This document shows, one piece after another, positions 21,420 to 29,281 of a DNA stretch of 64,000 nucleotides. The notes beneath the pieces are model-generated. The model saw only the letters and a program-made list of their open reading frames with translations. It did no database searches and was not told the DNA's origin. The stretch covers positions 1,216,001 through 1,280,000 of the forward strand of contig CAVVPN010000004.1 in the NCBI GenBank assembly GCA_963750165.1. Reading direction: 5' to 3'. Position numbers and translations under genes: made by a program. The first letter of the stretch is position 1. Each line of letters begins with the position of its first letter. The stretch comes from an uncultured Gemmataceae bacterium (GTDB lineage Bacteria; Planctomycetota; Planctomycetia; Gemmatales; Gemmataceae).

Positions 21420-22319
21420 TCATTCCACCCAGACCCGGTGCAGAATCACAATACGCGGCTCGTCCGGCCGATAAATGAACAGCTGGACGCTGCGCACGTC
21501 GCTGAGGTCCAGCGGTTCCGGCCGCGCCCGCCGCACCGCCTCGGCCAGGTCCAGGGTGATCTGATGTTCGCCGGACGGGTAGCGCTTCTCGAACTGGAAG
21601 TGCGTGGTTTCCCCGGGGCCGCCGCGGGTGCGCAGCGAACAGACGACGACCAGTGGGCCGCCGGTCACGGTGAAGGTGCAGCACAACCGCCGCCGGCCCG
21701 ACCAGTCGTGCACGACCGGCTCCAGCGCCGCGTCCGGGTAGTCGTGCGGCCCCGGCAGCAGTTTCAGCCGCGCCACCCCGTCCGCCTGCCGCGTCAACGT
21801 GGCCTGGCGACACTCCCAGCGCAGCAGTTGCCGATCCGTCGTGAAGTCCGCCAGGATCGGAAACGCGGCGTGGCCCTCCGCGGCGTCCAACAGGTACGGC
21901 CCGGCGTCGGCGACCGGCCAGGCCACCAGCGCCAGCAACAGCAGCGCGTGCAGCGCCAGGCGGCCCCTGGTGCGCGGCGGTCGGCAGGCGTGGACGAGGA
22001 CCACGGCGGCGGCGACGCCCAGAGCACTGCGCACGAAGTCCTCCACATTGCCAGTACGGCCGAAGTGGTCCTGCACCAGCTCCGTCAGCCCCGCGAGGGT
22101 CAGGGCAAGTAGCACCGGCCACCGCCAGCGGCGGCCCAGTGTCAACCACAGGCCGACGGTCAGCGCCGCGAACAGCGGCACGTGGCCAAGGTCGAAGAAC
22201 TTGCTCTGCCAGCGGCCGTGCCAGGACTCCGGCAGCGGCGTCAACAGCACCGCGACCGTCAGGAGCACCGCCACGACCGCCACGGCCAGGGGCCACTTGC
22301 GCGCCACGGGTTGCCTCAT
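21420..22319 (-). CDS. Membrane protein with an N-terminal VanZ-like domain and a C-terminal beta-sandwich
   Basis: DLGHVPLFAAL...TELVQDHFGRTGNVEDFVRSALG is VanZ-like. About five TM helices, then a soluble domain. Confidence 0.7.
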   Translation of the reverse strand: MRQPVARKWPLAVAVVAVLLTVAVLLTPLPESWHGRWQSKFFDLGHVPLFAALTVGLWLTLGRRWRWPVLLALTLAGLTELVQDHFGRTGNVEDFVRSALGVAAAVVLVHACRPPRTRGRLALHALLLLALVAWPVADAGPYLLDAAEGHAAFPILADFTTDRQLLRWECRQATLTRQADGVARLKLLPGPHDYPDAALEPVVHDWSGRRRLCCTFTVTGGPLVVVCSLRTRGGPGETTHFQFEKRYPSGEHQITLDLAEAVRRARPEPLDLSDVRSVQLFIYRPDEPRIVILHRVWVE

Positions 22320-22422
22320 TTCCAGCGACGAGTGAATGCCTTCCTCGCGTGCATCGGGTGAGCGGTGTGCCACTGCCCGGCACTGCCTCAATACAATAGC
22401 GGCATCACCAAGGAGACACCTT

Positions 22423-24186
22423 ATGAAACCCTGGCTGCCCGTGCTGCTGCTCGCGGCCGTGTTTCCGGCCGGCACCCTCCTCAGTCACGTCGAGATCACG
22501 CAGGAAGTCCCCGGCCCCGCGGAGGCGGCGGACCTGATCGTCCACAACGGCAAAGTGCTGACCGTGGACGCGAAATTCACGGTCGTGCAGGCCGTCGCCA
22601 TCAAGGGCGACCGCGTTCTGGCCGTCGGCGCCGACAAGGCCATCCTGCGTCACAAGGGACCGAAGACCACGCTGCTCGACGCCGGCGGCAAGACCGTGCT
22701 GCCGGGCCTGTACGATAGCCATGTCCACCCGGTCGGCGCCGCCACCAGCGAGATCACCGCCCCGCTGCCGCCGTTGAAGTCGCTGGACGACGTGTTCGCC
22801 TACATCCGCGCCCAGGCCAAAGCCAAACCGAAGGGCGACTGGATCGTGATGCGTTTCGCGTTCCCGACTCGGCTGAAAGAAGGCCGGTTCCCGACGAAGG
22901 CCGAGCTGGACGCCGCAGCACCGGAACATCCCGTGCTGTACCACGCCGGCCCCGCGGGCATGGTCAACAGTTACGCCCTCAAAATCTCCGGCGTCACGAA
23001 GGACGCGAAGAACCCGGCGGCCGGCGTCATCGTCCGCGACCCGAAGACGGGCGCGGCGACCGGTATGCTCCGCAACGCTTACGGCGTGCTCAAGGGTGTG
23101 CCGCCGGCCAACCCCGCCGGCAAGGCGGCGACACGCGCCGCGGTGAAAAAACTGTTCGCGCTGTACAACGCCCAGGGCCTGACCAGCGTCGCCGACCGCA
23201 ACGCCGACCGGGCGGCACTCGATCTGTACCTCGATCTGCACGCCAAGGGCGAGCTGACGCTGCGCGTCAACGTGGCCCGCGGCGTCAGCCCCTACGGCAC
23301 ACGCGAGGAGGTGGCGAAACATCTCGACAAGCTGCCGGGCAAGGATGGTAAGGGCGGGCCGACGGGCGTTGGCGGCGTCTGGGTGCGGATCGGGCCGATC
23401 AAGTTTTTCCTGGACGGCGGCATGCTCAACGGCACCGCGTTCATGCGGACGCCGTGGCCGCCGGGGCCGACGTACCAGATTGTCGAGAGCGACTACCGCG
23501 GTCTGCTGTTCGTGCCGCCGGAGCAGGTGAAAATGCTGGTCGAGGAGGCGGCGAAGCGCAAATGGCAGGTGACCGCGCACACCGCCGGCGAGGGCGCCAT
23601 GGACGTGCTGCTCGACGCCTACGACTTCGTGAACCGGTCGATTCCGATCAAGGACCGCCGCTTCTGCATCACGCACGCCAACTTCCCGTCGCAGCGCAAT
23701 CTGGAGCGCTGCCGTGACCTGGGCGTCTGCGCTGACGTGCAGCCGGCGTGGCTGTACAAGGACGGCAGCACGCTGTTGCAGGTGCTCGGCAAGGAGCGCA
23801 TGCGCTGGTTCCAGCCGTACAAAAGCTGGCTGAAGTACACGACCATCGGCGGCGGCAGCGACCACATGATTAAACTGGACGACCTGGAAGCGACGAACCC
23901 GTGGAACCCGTGGCTGGGCATGTGGGTGACGCTGACGCGGCGGACGGCGGGCGGCGACGTGCTGTTCCCCGAGGAGCGGCTGACGCGGCCGGAGGCGCTG
24001 CGGCTGTACACGATCAACAACGCCTACCTGAACCATGAGGAGAAGGAAAAAGGGAGCCTGGAGGTCGGCAAACTGGCGGATTTGATTTTGATCGACCGCG
24101 ACTTCCTGACGTGCCCGCTGGAGGATTTGCCGCGGACGCAGGTGCTGCTCACGATGGTCGGCGGGCGGGTGGTGTATCGGCGGTGA
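22423..24186 (+). CDS. Exported amidohydrolase (Amidohydro_3 / YtcJ-like)
   Basis: AAGGAG RBS, signal peptide, PGLYDSHVH, KFFLDG, HTAGE, ITHA, GGSDH and KGSLEVGKLADL. Confidence 0.92.
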   Translation: MKPWLPVLLLAAVFPAGTLLSHVEITQEVPGPAEAADLIVHNGKVLTVDAKFTVVQAVAIKGDRVLAVGADKAILRHKGPKTTLLDAGGKTVLPGLYDSHVHPVGAATSEITAPLPPLKSLDDVFAYIRAQAKAKPKGDWIVMRFAFPTRLKEGRFPTKAELDAAAPEHPVLYHAGPAGMVNSYALKISGVTKDAKNPAAGVIVRDPKTGAATGMLRNAYGVLKGVPPANPAGKAATRAAVKKLFALYNAQGLTSVADRNADRAALDLYLDLHAKGELTLRVNVARGVSPYGTREEVAKHLDKLPGKDGKGGPTGVGGVWVRIGPIKFFLDGGMLNGTAFMRTPWPPGPTYQIVESDYRGLLFVPPEQVKMLVEEAAKRKWQVTAHTAGEGAMDVLLDAYDFVNRSIPIKDRRFCITHANFPSQRNLERCRDLGVCADVQPAWLYKDGSTLLQVLGKERMRWFQPYKSWLKYTTIGGGSDHMIKLDDLEATNPWNPWLGMWVTLTRRTAGGDVLFPEERLTRPEALRLYTINNAYLNHEEKEKGSLEVGKLADLILIDRDFLTCPLEDLPRTQVLLTMVGGRVVYRR

Positions 24187-24319
24187 CCCATCTTGTCTGC
24201 CGCTTGCGGCTTGGGCAAGCAATATAAATTGAAGTCGTTTCAAGCCAGGTTGACGGTGCTTTTTCCGGGCAAGGCGGCTATTCCCTCCGCCTGTTTTTCC
24301 TGACAGGTGAGGGAGTCCC

Positions 24320-24428
24320 ATGCGAACCGTCGCCCTTGTGCTTGCCGGTCTGCTTCTGTGTGCGGCGTGCGGCTGCGGAACGGTGGCGAACCTGCGCGGC
24401 GAAAACCTTGCGCTGATCGGCGGTGGTG
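24320..24428 (+). pseudogene. 5' fragment of a YceK/YidQ-like lipoprotein gene, truncated against antisense pyrF
   Basis: GAGGGAG RBS. MRTVALVLAGLLLCAACGCGTVANL...IGGGV has a lipobox-like GC. The frame then runs into the antisense strand of pyrF. Confidence 0.45.
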
Positions 24429-25090
24429 TCGGCGGCGCTGCCGCCCTGGGCGCCGAAGCCCGGCACCAGGAAAAGCACATCCGGCAACAGCTGGCGCACC
24501 GCCGCCCAGGCGCCGACCGCGGCGGCGACGTGCTGGTAGAGCGGTTTGCCGTCGCAGAGCAAATCCTGAAAGAGACTGGCGCCGCGGTTGCTGGTGCGGA
24601 CGAGGACGAAGACGCCACGGCCGTCCTGGCGGGCGCTGCGCAGGAAGGGTTCGACGGCGTCGCGGCCGAGGTAGGGGTTGACGGTCAGGGCGTCGGCGTC
24701 CCAGACGGGCAGCGGCGGGCCGCCGTGGCGGACGCCGGCGAAGGCGGCGTCGGCGTAGGCGACGGCGGTGTCGGCGATGTCGTTGCGCTTGCCGTCGAGG
24801 ATGGTGAGCACACCGCGTTCACGAGCGCGGCGCAGGACGCGCTGCAGCGCGGCCAGTCCGGCTGGACCACACGCCTCGAAGAAGGCGAACTACAGCTTGA
24901 CCACCGGCACGACCACTTCCAGGATGCGCAGCGATAATTCCTCAAAGGCGGCGACGGCGTCCAGGGTAGCGTTACCATGCCGGCGGCGCAGCTCGTCCGG
25001 CAGCAGGGCCCAGCGCGGGTCGAGGCCCACGCACAGGGCGTTGCCGCGCCGGCGGCTCAGGGCGGTCAGGCGGTCGGCGAAGTGGTCGAT
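24426..25090 (-). pseudogene. pyrF: Orotidine-5'-phosphate decarboxylase pseudogene
   Basis: HFADRL...LCVGLDP...VK(L*)FAFFE...ILDGKRNDI...ALTVNPYLG...VFVLVRTSN...LVPGFGAQGG. ATC replaces the start codon after a GGAGG RBS, there is an in-frame TAG at 24892-24890, the GAVVGAT segment is missing and the C-terminus is lost. Confidence 0.88.
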
Positions 25091-25515
25091 GACAGGCCTC
25101 CAGATGGAACCGAAAGTACTTCCATACCCTTACAACAACCGGGCAGATTTTTACCTCACCCCACAGCTACCGTCCAGAGATTTCTGATGAATTTGCCTTT
25201 TCGTGCTCGCGCTTTGAAAAACCCCCCTTTTTTGTGCATTCTCTCTTGTTTACGCCTTTTTGCCTGATTATCATACGTGGATGAATTTGGTGAGGAAGAA
25301 AGTCATCCGAGGTGCAACCGGACTGGCGAACGAAGCATCGGCTCCGTTTATGCCAAGTCAAGCGCTTGTGGTCGTCGGAAATTGCGGGAGAAGGTAGGCG
25401 TTTCTTGTCGGCAGCGCGGTATGTTTCCAAGAGAAAAAGGCCCGGAAGGCCAAGCGTTGAACACCCTGACCAGCGGCGCGAGCCGCTCCGGGATCTTGTT
25501 AAGGAGAGAACTGCC

Positions 25516-26235
25516 ATGCGATTTGTTGCCCGATTCGCAGTGATTGTCATCGTGGTGGTTGGTGTGACCGCTGCCACGGCCCACGGATGGTACGGACAGA
25601 AGACCGTGGTACATACGCACATCCGCACCTGGGGTGGGGCGACCCCGACATCGAGTTCGCCAGTCTATGGCTCCCCAGTCTACGGTTCGCCCGTGTACGG
25701 TTCGCCCGTGTATGGCTCGCCGGTGTATGGCTCGCCGGTGTACGGTTCGCCCGTGTATGGCTCGCCGACCTACGGTTCCCCGACGTACGGTTCCCCGACG
25801 TACGGTTGCTCTGGCGGGTCGTTTGGCTCGCCAATGTACGGTTCGCCAATGTACGGTTCGCCATCCTTTGGATGCACAGGCGGTAATGCCGGGTTTTTCT
25901 CGCAGGGGTTCGGGAACCAGGGGCTCATTGATCCCCAGGGGCTCATGACCTGGTTCAAGTTTTTTAAGGATTTGCAAGGCACCATTGGCGGTGGCGGTAC
26001 GACGCCCTCCGACTCCAAGTTGCTCAGCCGCATTGAGGCCTTGGAGAAAAAAGTCGATGCCTTGAAACCGTCCGACTTGCTCCCCGCCGACTACAAGGAG
26101 TTCAAAGCGAATACGGAACAGGCGTTCAAGGGAATTAACGCCTACCTGGATCGTTTGGACTCCAAGTTAGACGGCATCCAGGGTCGGCTGAAGGTTCTGG
26201 AAAACAAAACAAAAAATCTGAAGGAACAGCCTTGA
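25516..26235 (+). CDS. Exported repeat protein: signal peptide, (YGSPV/T/M)n pentapeptides, amphipathic helix, C-terminal coiled coil
   Basis: AAGGAG RBS at 25501. Signal ends ATA/AHG. Nine tandem YGSP(V/T) units at 25666-25800, then FGSPM-YGSPM-YGSPS. Heptads include RIEALE and RLKVLE. Confidence 0.88.
   Translation: MRFVARFAVIVIVVVGVTAATAHGWYGQKTVVHTHIRTWGGATPTSSSPVYGSPVYGSPVYGSPVYGSPVYGSPVYGSPVYGSPTYGSPTYGSPTYGCSGGSFGSPMYGSPMYGSPSFGCTGGNAGFFSQGFGNQGLIDPQGLMTWFKFFKDLQGTIGGGGTTPSDSKLLSRIEALEKKVDALKPSDLLPADYKEFKANTEQAFKGINAYLDRLDSKLDGIQGRLKVLENKTKNLKEQP
25666..25800 (+). repeat. Coding 15-bp tandem repeat x9 (YGSPV x6, YGSPT x3)
   Basis: Units differ mostly at synonymous positions (tat/tac, ggc/ggt, tcc/tcg, cca/ccc/ccg). 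Confidence 0.95.
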
Positions 26236-26258
26236 TGGGGCGTCGCTGAAGGCTTGTT

Positions 26259-26314
26259 GAAGCGCCGCGCGACGAATCGGACAGAACCCCTGTCTGTTCT
26301 CCGCGCGGCGCTTC
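26259..26314 (+). terminator. Long hairpin downstream of the YGSP gene, possible terminator or mRNA stabiliser
   Basis: 13-bp arms gaagcgccgcgcg ... cgcgcggcgcttc with an inner stem, followed by tgtttgtt. Confidence 0.5.
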
Positions 26315-26543
26315 TGTTTGTTGGTGGCCTCAAGGTAACGCCGGATTTCTCACCGCACCAGCAAGTTTTTTTGTTTTTTTATTGCTTCCGCGACTGCGCC
26401 GACGGTATTTTCACATCCTGTGTCAACCCTGACGTGAAGACGACGGTTAGGCTCGGCTTTTTCCGGCCGGCCCCTGCCCGTTCGTGGACTCCGTACGTCC
26501 CAGGGAATTTCCAATCTGTTGACCCTCTTTTCCAGGATGAAGC

Positions 26544-27809
26544 ATGGCCAAAGCGAAGCCCGGTGCCAAAGCAAAGACCGGCGCGAAGGCGAAATCCGGC
26601 GCCAACGCGAAATCCGGTAGCAAGGCGACGACCAGTGCTAGGGCGGTGGCATCCGCGCCGGGGGCGGGAGTTCCCCTGGCACAACCTTGTGACTTCTGCG
26701 TGGTACTGACCCTATCCCCGGATGCCCAACCCGAGGCCGCCCTCCGCGCCCTCCAAAGAAACGCGCGTGCCAACCAAGGTGCTCTCAGCGCGCCGCTAGC
26801 GGGCACGGACCCGGAAGTCGCGCGGGCGGTGGTTCAGGCGTCTAAAAAATGGGCGAAGAACGACACCATCACCATCGGGTTTATGAACGGCACCGCGTCG
26901 GATCGGGACTTTGTGGAGAAGGTGTGCCGGGAGTGGTTTGACGGCGTCGAGACGGACCTCCAGCTGGATTTCGGCCGGTCCCCGGGAGGCGCCAATGTCC
27001 GGATCGAGTTCGTGCCGAACGGCCCGAACCAGTCCGCCATCGGTCTGGACGCGGAATCGCCGCAGTTCGCCGGTAAGTCCACCATGACGCTCGGCTTCAT
27101 CCCCAGTTCCAGTAACCTTCCCGAGAAGGAGAAACGGCGGCTCACCCTCCACGAGTTCGGCCACGTCCTGGGCTTCCTCCACGAGCACCAGCGCTCCGAC
27201 CGGCCGTTCACGCTCAACATGCAGGTGCTGCGGAACACGTTCGGTGTGTCGCCAAATTTCTGGAATGACGACCAGATCAACTTCAACATCACCAACACGT
27301 TTCAACTCGACAGCAGCAATTTCCTGACGACCGAGTTCGACCACAACTCCATCATGGCCTACTTCATCCCGGCGGCGGCGGCGAGCGACGGCATTGGCAC
27401 GCCGATCAATAACGACCTGTCCGACGACGACCGGAAAATGCTGAAGCTGGTGTACGGCAAGGGGAACGGGCAGACCCAGGTCACCCCCCTGAGCAAGAAA
27501 GACTTGCCTCTGGGCGCGACCTCGCCCACCCAGGTGTCTCTGAAAGCCGGCCAGGTACAGCCCCTGACCCTGACGATTCCCAAGGCCCGCATGTATCAAA
27601 TCCGAACGGTCGGCGACAAGCACACTGACCTGGAGGTCTTCGGGCCGGATAACGACAGCGCGTCGATCGGTCGAGGCGTTCTGGATTTGGAGAGTTTCAA
27701 CATGGTGGCCAATCTGTTTCTGGAACCCGGCGCCTACCTCGTCAAGGCCGCGCTCAAGAGTCAGACGGAGAGCGGCGACTTCGGCGTGACCGCCAAGCTG
27801 CTGTCCTGA
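26544..27809 (+). CDS. Metzincin zinc metalloprotease (astacin/M12A-like) with an N-terminal Lys/Ala repeat and a C-terminal PPC-like beta domain
   Basis: HEFGHVLGFLHEH (HExxHxxGxxH), Met-turn SIMAY, KW..N.TI.IGF..G start of the catalytic domain, and C-terminal YQIRT.G...TDLEVFGP...LEPGAYLVK. Confidence 0.9.
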   Translation: MAKAKPGAKAKTGAKAKSGANAKSGSKATTSARAVASAPGAGVPLAQPCDFCVVLTLSPDAQPEAALRALQRNARANQGALSAPLAGTDPEVARAVVQASKKWAKNDTITIGFMNGTASDRDFVEKVCREWFDGVETDLQLDFGRSPGGANVRIEFVPNGPNQSAIGLDAESPQFAGKSTMTLGFIPSSSNLPEKEKRRLTLHEFGHVLGFLHEHQRSDRPFTLNMQVLRNTFGVSPNFWNDDQINFNITNTFQLDSSNFLTTEFDHNSIMAYFIPAAAASDGIGTPINNDLSDDDRKMLKLVYGKGNGQTQVTPLSKKDLPLGATSPTQVSLKAGQVQPLTLTIPKARMYQIRTVGDKHTDLEVFGPDNDSASIGRGVLDLESFNMVANLFLEPGAYLVKAALKSQTESGDFGVTAKLLS

Positions 27810-28083
27810 GGCCGTTCCCCAGCGGCCTCAACAGAGAGTACGTATTATTCCCCGCCCCGGCCCTCCCACCGGGGCGGGGCGGGGGCCGCCAACCCACTTG
27901 CCAGTGTGCCGCCCTCAGCCGCCTTTGCCAGTTCTGCCGCAAGCCCGGTTTTCACCGGCACTATGGAAATTGACCAAACTTCGGCGCGGTGGATAGTCGA
28001 AAAGAAGAAAGCCCGCCGCAGCCGGCTTTGGTGTCGGCCCGCGTTGCCGGGTTCCTTCCCCACCCAGTCGAAGGATCGACCCC

Positions 28084-28995
28084 ATGCGTGCCCCGCGCGC
28101 GTTCACCTTTGTGGCGGCAGGCCTAGGCCTGCTGCTGGCCCACACCGGTAGTCACGGCCACCCGCCCCAGGATCCCTGTATCACCCCGTGCCAACCGGTT
28201 ACCGTTAACGCCCCACCGCCCAAGGTGGTGGTCCACCTCTCGCCGCCCGAGGTTGTCATCAAATCGGACTGCGACTGCTGCACCAAGCCCGCGCCCCGCT
28301 GTGCCCCTTGCTGCGCTCAACCGGCCGCCCCCTACTACCCTGCGGCTCCGATGGCGTACTACCCGATGGCCGCGGCGCCGACCATGACCATGATGCCCAT
28401 GGCCTCGTACACCTACGCCGCGCCCATGCAGTCCGCTCCGATGATGATGCAGTCCGCCCCGATGATGACGCAGGCGGCCCCGGTCATGTCGCCAATGTAC
28501 TCCGCTCCGGTGATGGCGGCCCCCACCATGGTTCAGGCTGCCGCCCTGACGTACCCCGCGGCTGCCCCCACCTTCAACGCGCCGGCCGCACCCGTGATGA
28601 TGCCGTCCTCCCCGAGCATGCCAGCGTCGCCGTTCTGTGGGTCCGGCTTCTCCAGCCCGTTCAACTCGTCGTCGGCCAGTTCCGCGGCCACGCTGGCCGG
28701 CATGAAGGCGTTTCACGAGACGAACCTGAAGAACCAACTCAACGCCCTGGAGGACACGCGCCGGACCCTGGAGTTCCAGATGTCGATGGTCAACCCCAAT
28801 CTGTCCGGTTCGCCGACAGTGGGCAAGGCGGCCGCGCCACGGCAGACCGGTACTGACGATGCCACAACCCGTAAAATCAACGAGATTGAAACGACCATTC
28901 ATCGCCTCATGGGCATCATCGAAACCCACGCCGACACCCTGAAAAGTCACCAGAATCGCCTGAAGGAACTGGATAAAAAATCTGGAGGCTCTTGA
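28084..28995 (+). CDS. Exported Cys-cluster, Met/Ala/Pro-rich low-complexity protein with a C-terminal coiled coil
   Basis: Signal peptide MRAPRAFTFVAAGLGLLLAHTGSHG. CITPC, CDCC and CAPCC clusters, degenerate (Q/S)APMM repeats, and heptads ending RLKELD. Confidence 0.82.
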   Translation: MRAPRAFTFVAAGLGLLLAHTGSHGHPPQDPCITPCQPVTVNAPPPKVVVHLSPPEVVIKSDCDCCTKPAPRCAPCCAQPAAPYYPAAPMAYYPMAAAPTMTMMPMASYTYAAPMQSAPMMMQSAPMMTQAAPVMSPMYSAPVMAAPTMVQAAALTYPAAAPTFNAPAAPVMMPSSPSMPASPFCGSGFSSPFNSSSASSAATLAGMKAFHETNLKNQLNALEDTRRTLEFQMSMVNPNLSGSPTVGKAAAPRQTGTDDATTRKINEIETTIHRLMGIIETHADTLKSHQNRLKELDKKSGGS

Positions 28996-29281
28996 GTCCT
29001 TCGGGGGCCGCGAAGGCGGGGCGAGCCGTCACGGACACTTGATGAAGCCCTGCCGCGCGGATTCCCGCACGGCAGAGGTGGCGAACTGGGGGCGCGTGGC
29101 GCCCCCTCTTTTTTTCCGACGTTGGCGGGCCGCGCTCGCTTTCACCGTCACGGACAAACCGCGCGGGGTTGTCGATCTTCTCAAGCGTACCGAAGAAACC
29201 GACGATAACGGAGTTAAGGCGAACAACGGTTTTTGCCACCCGGACTGCCGGGCTGGCGCTTACCATTACGGGGAGAGTCAC

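Noticed and set aside
21420..22319. Glycopeptide resistance gene (vanZ)
   Set aside because: VanZ-like domains are widespread membrane modules, and no van cluster genes are present.
22405..24618. Long opposite-strand or alternative-frame ORFs (e.g. 1937..3772, 22405..24618, 30784..32646, 37353..39317)
   Set aside because: These are shadow ORFs of high-GC genes. They overlap well-supported CDSs and have Arg/Pro/Ala-rich, motif-free translations.
24320..24937. 205-aa lipoprotein ORF as an intact gene
   Set aside because: Beyond about residue 36 it is simply the antisense reading of the pyrF remnant.
29026..29156. 12-bp direct repeat ccgtcacggaca (29026 and 29145) as an operator or att site
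   Set aside because: Only two copies, not found upstream of the other island genes, and compatible with chance.
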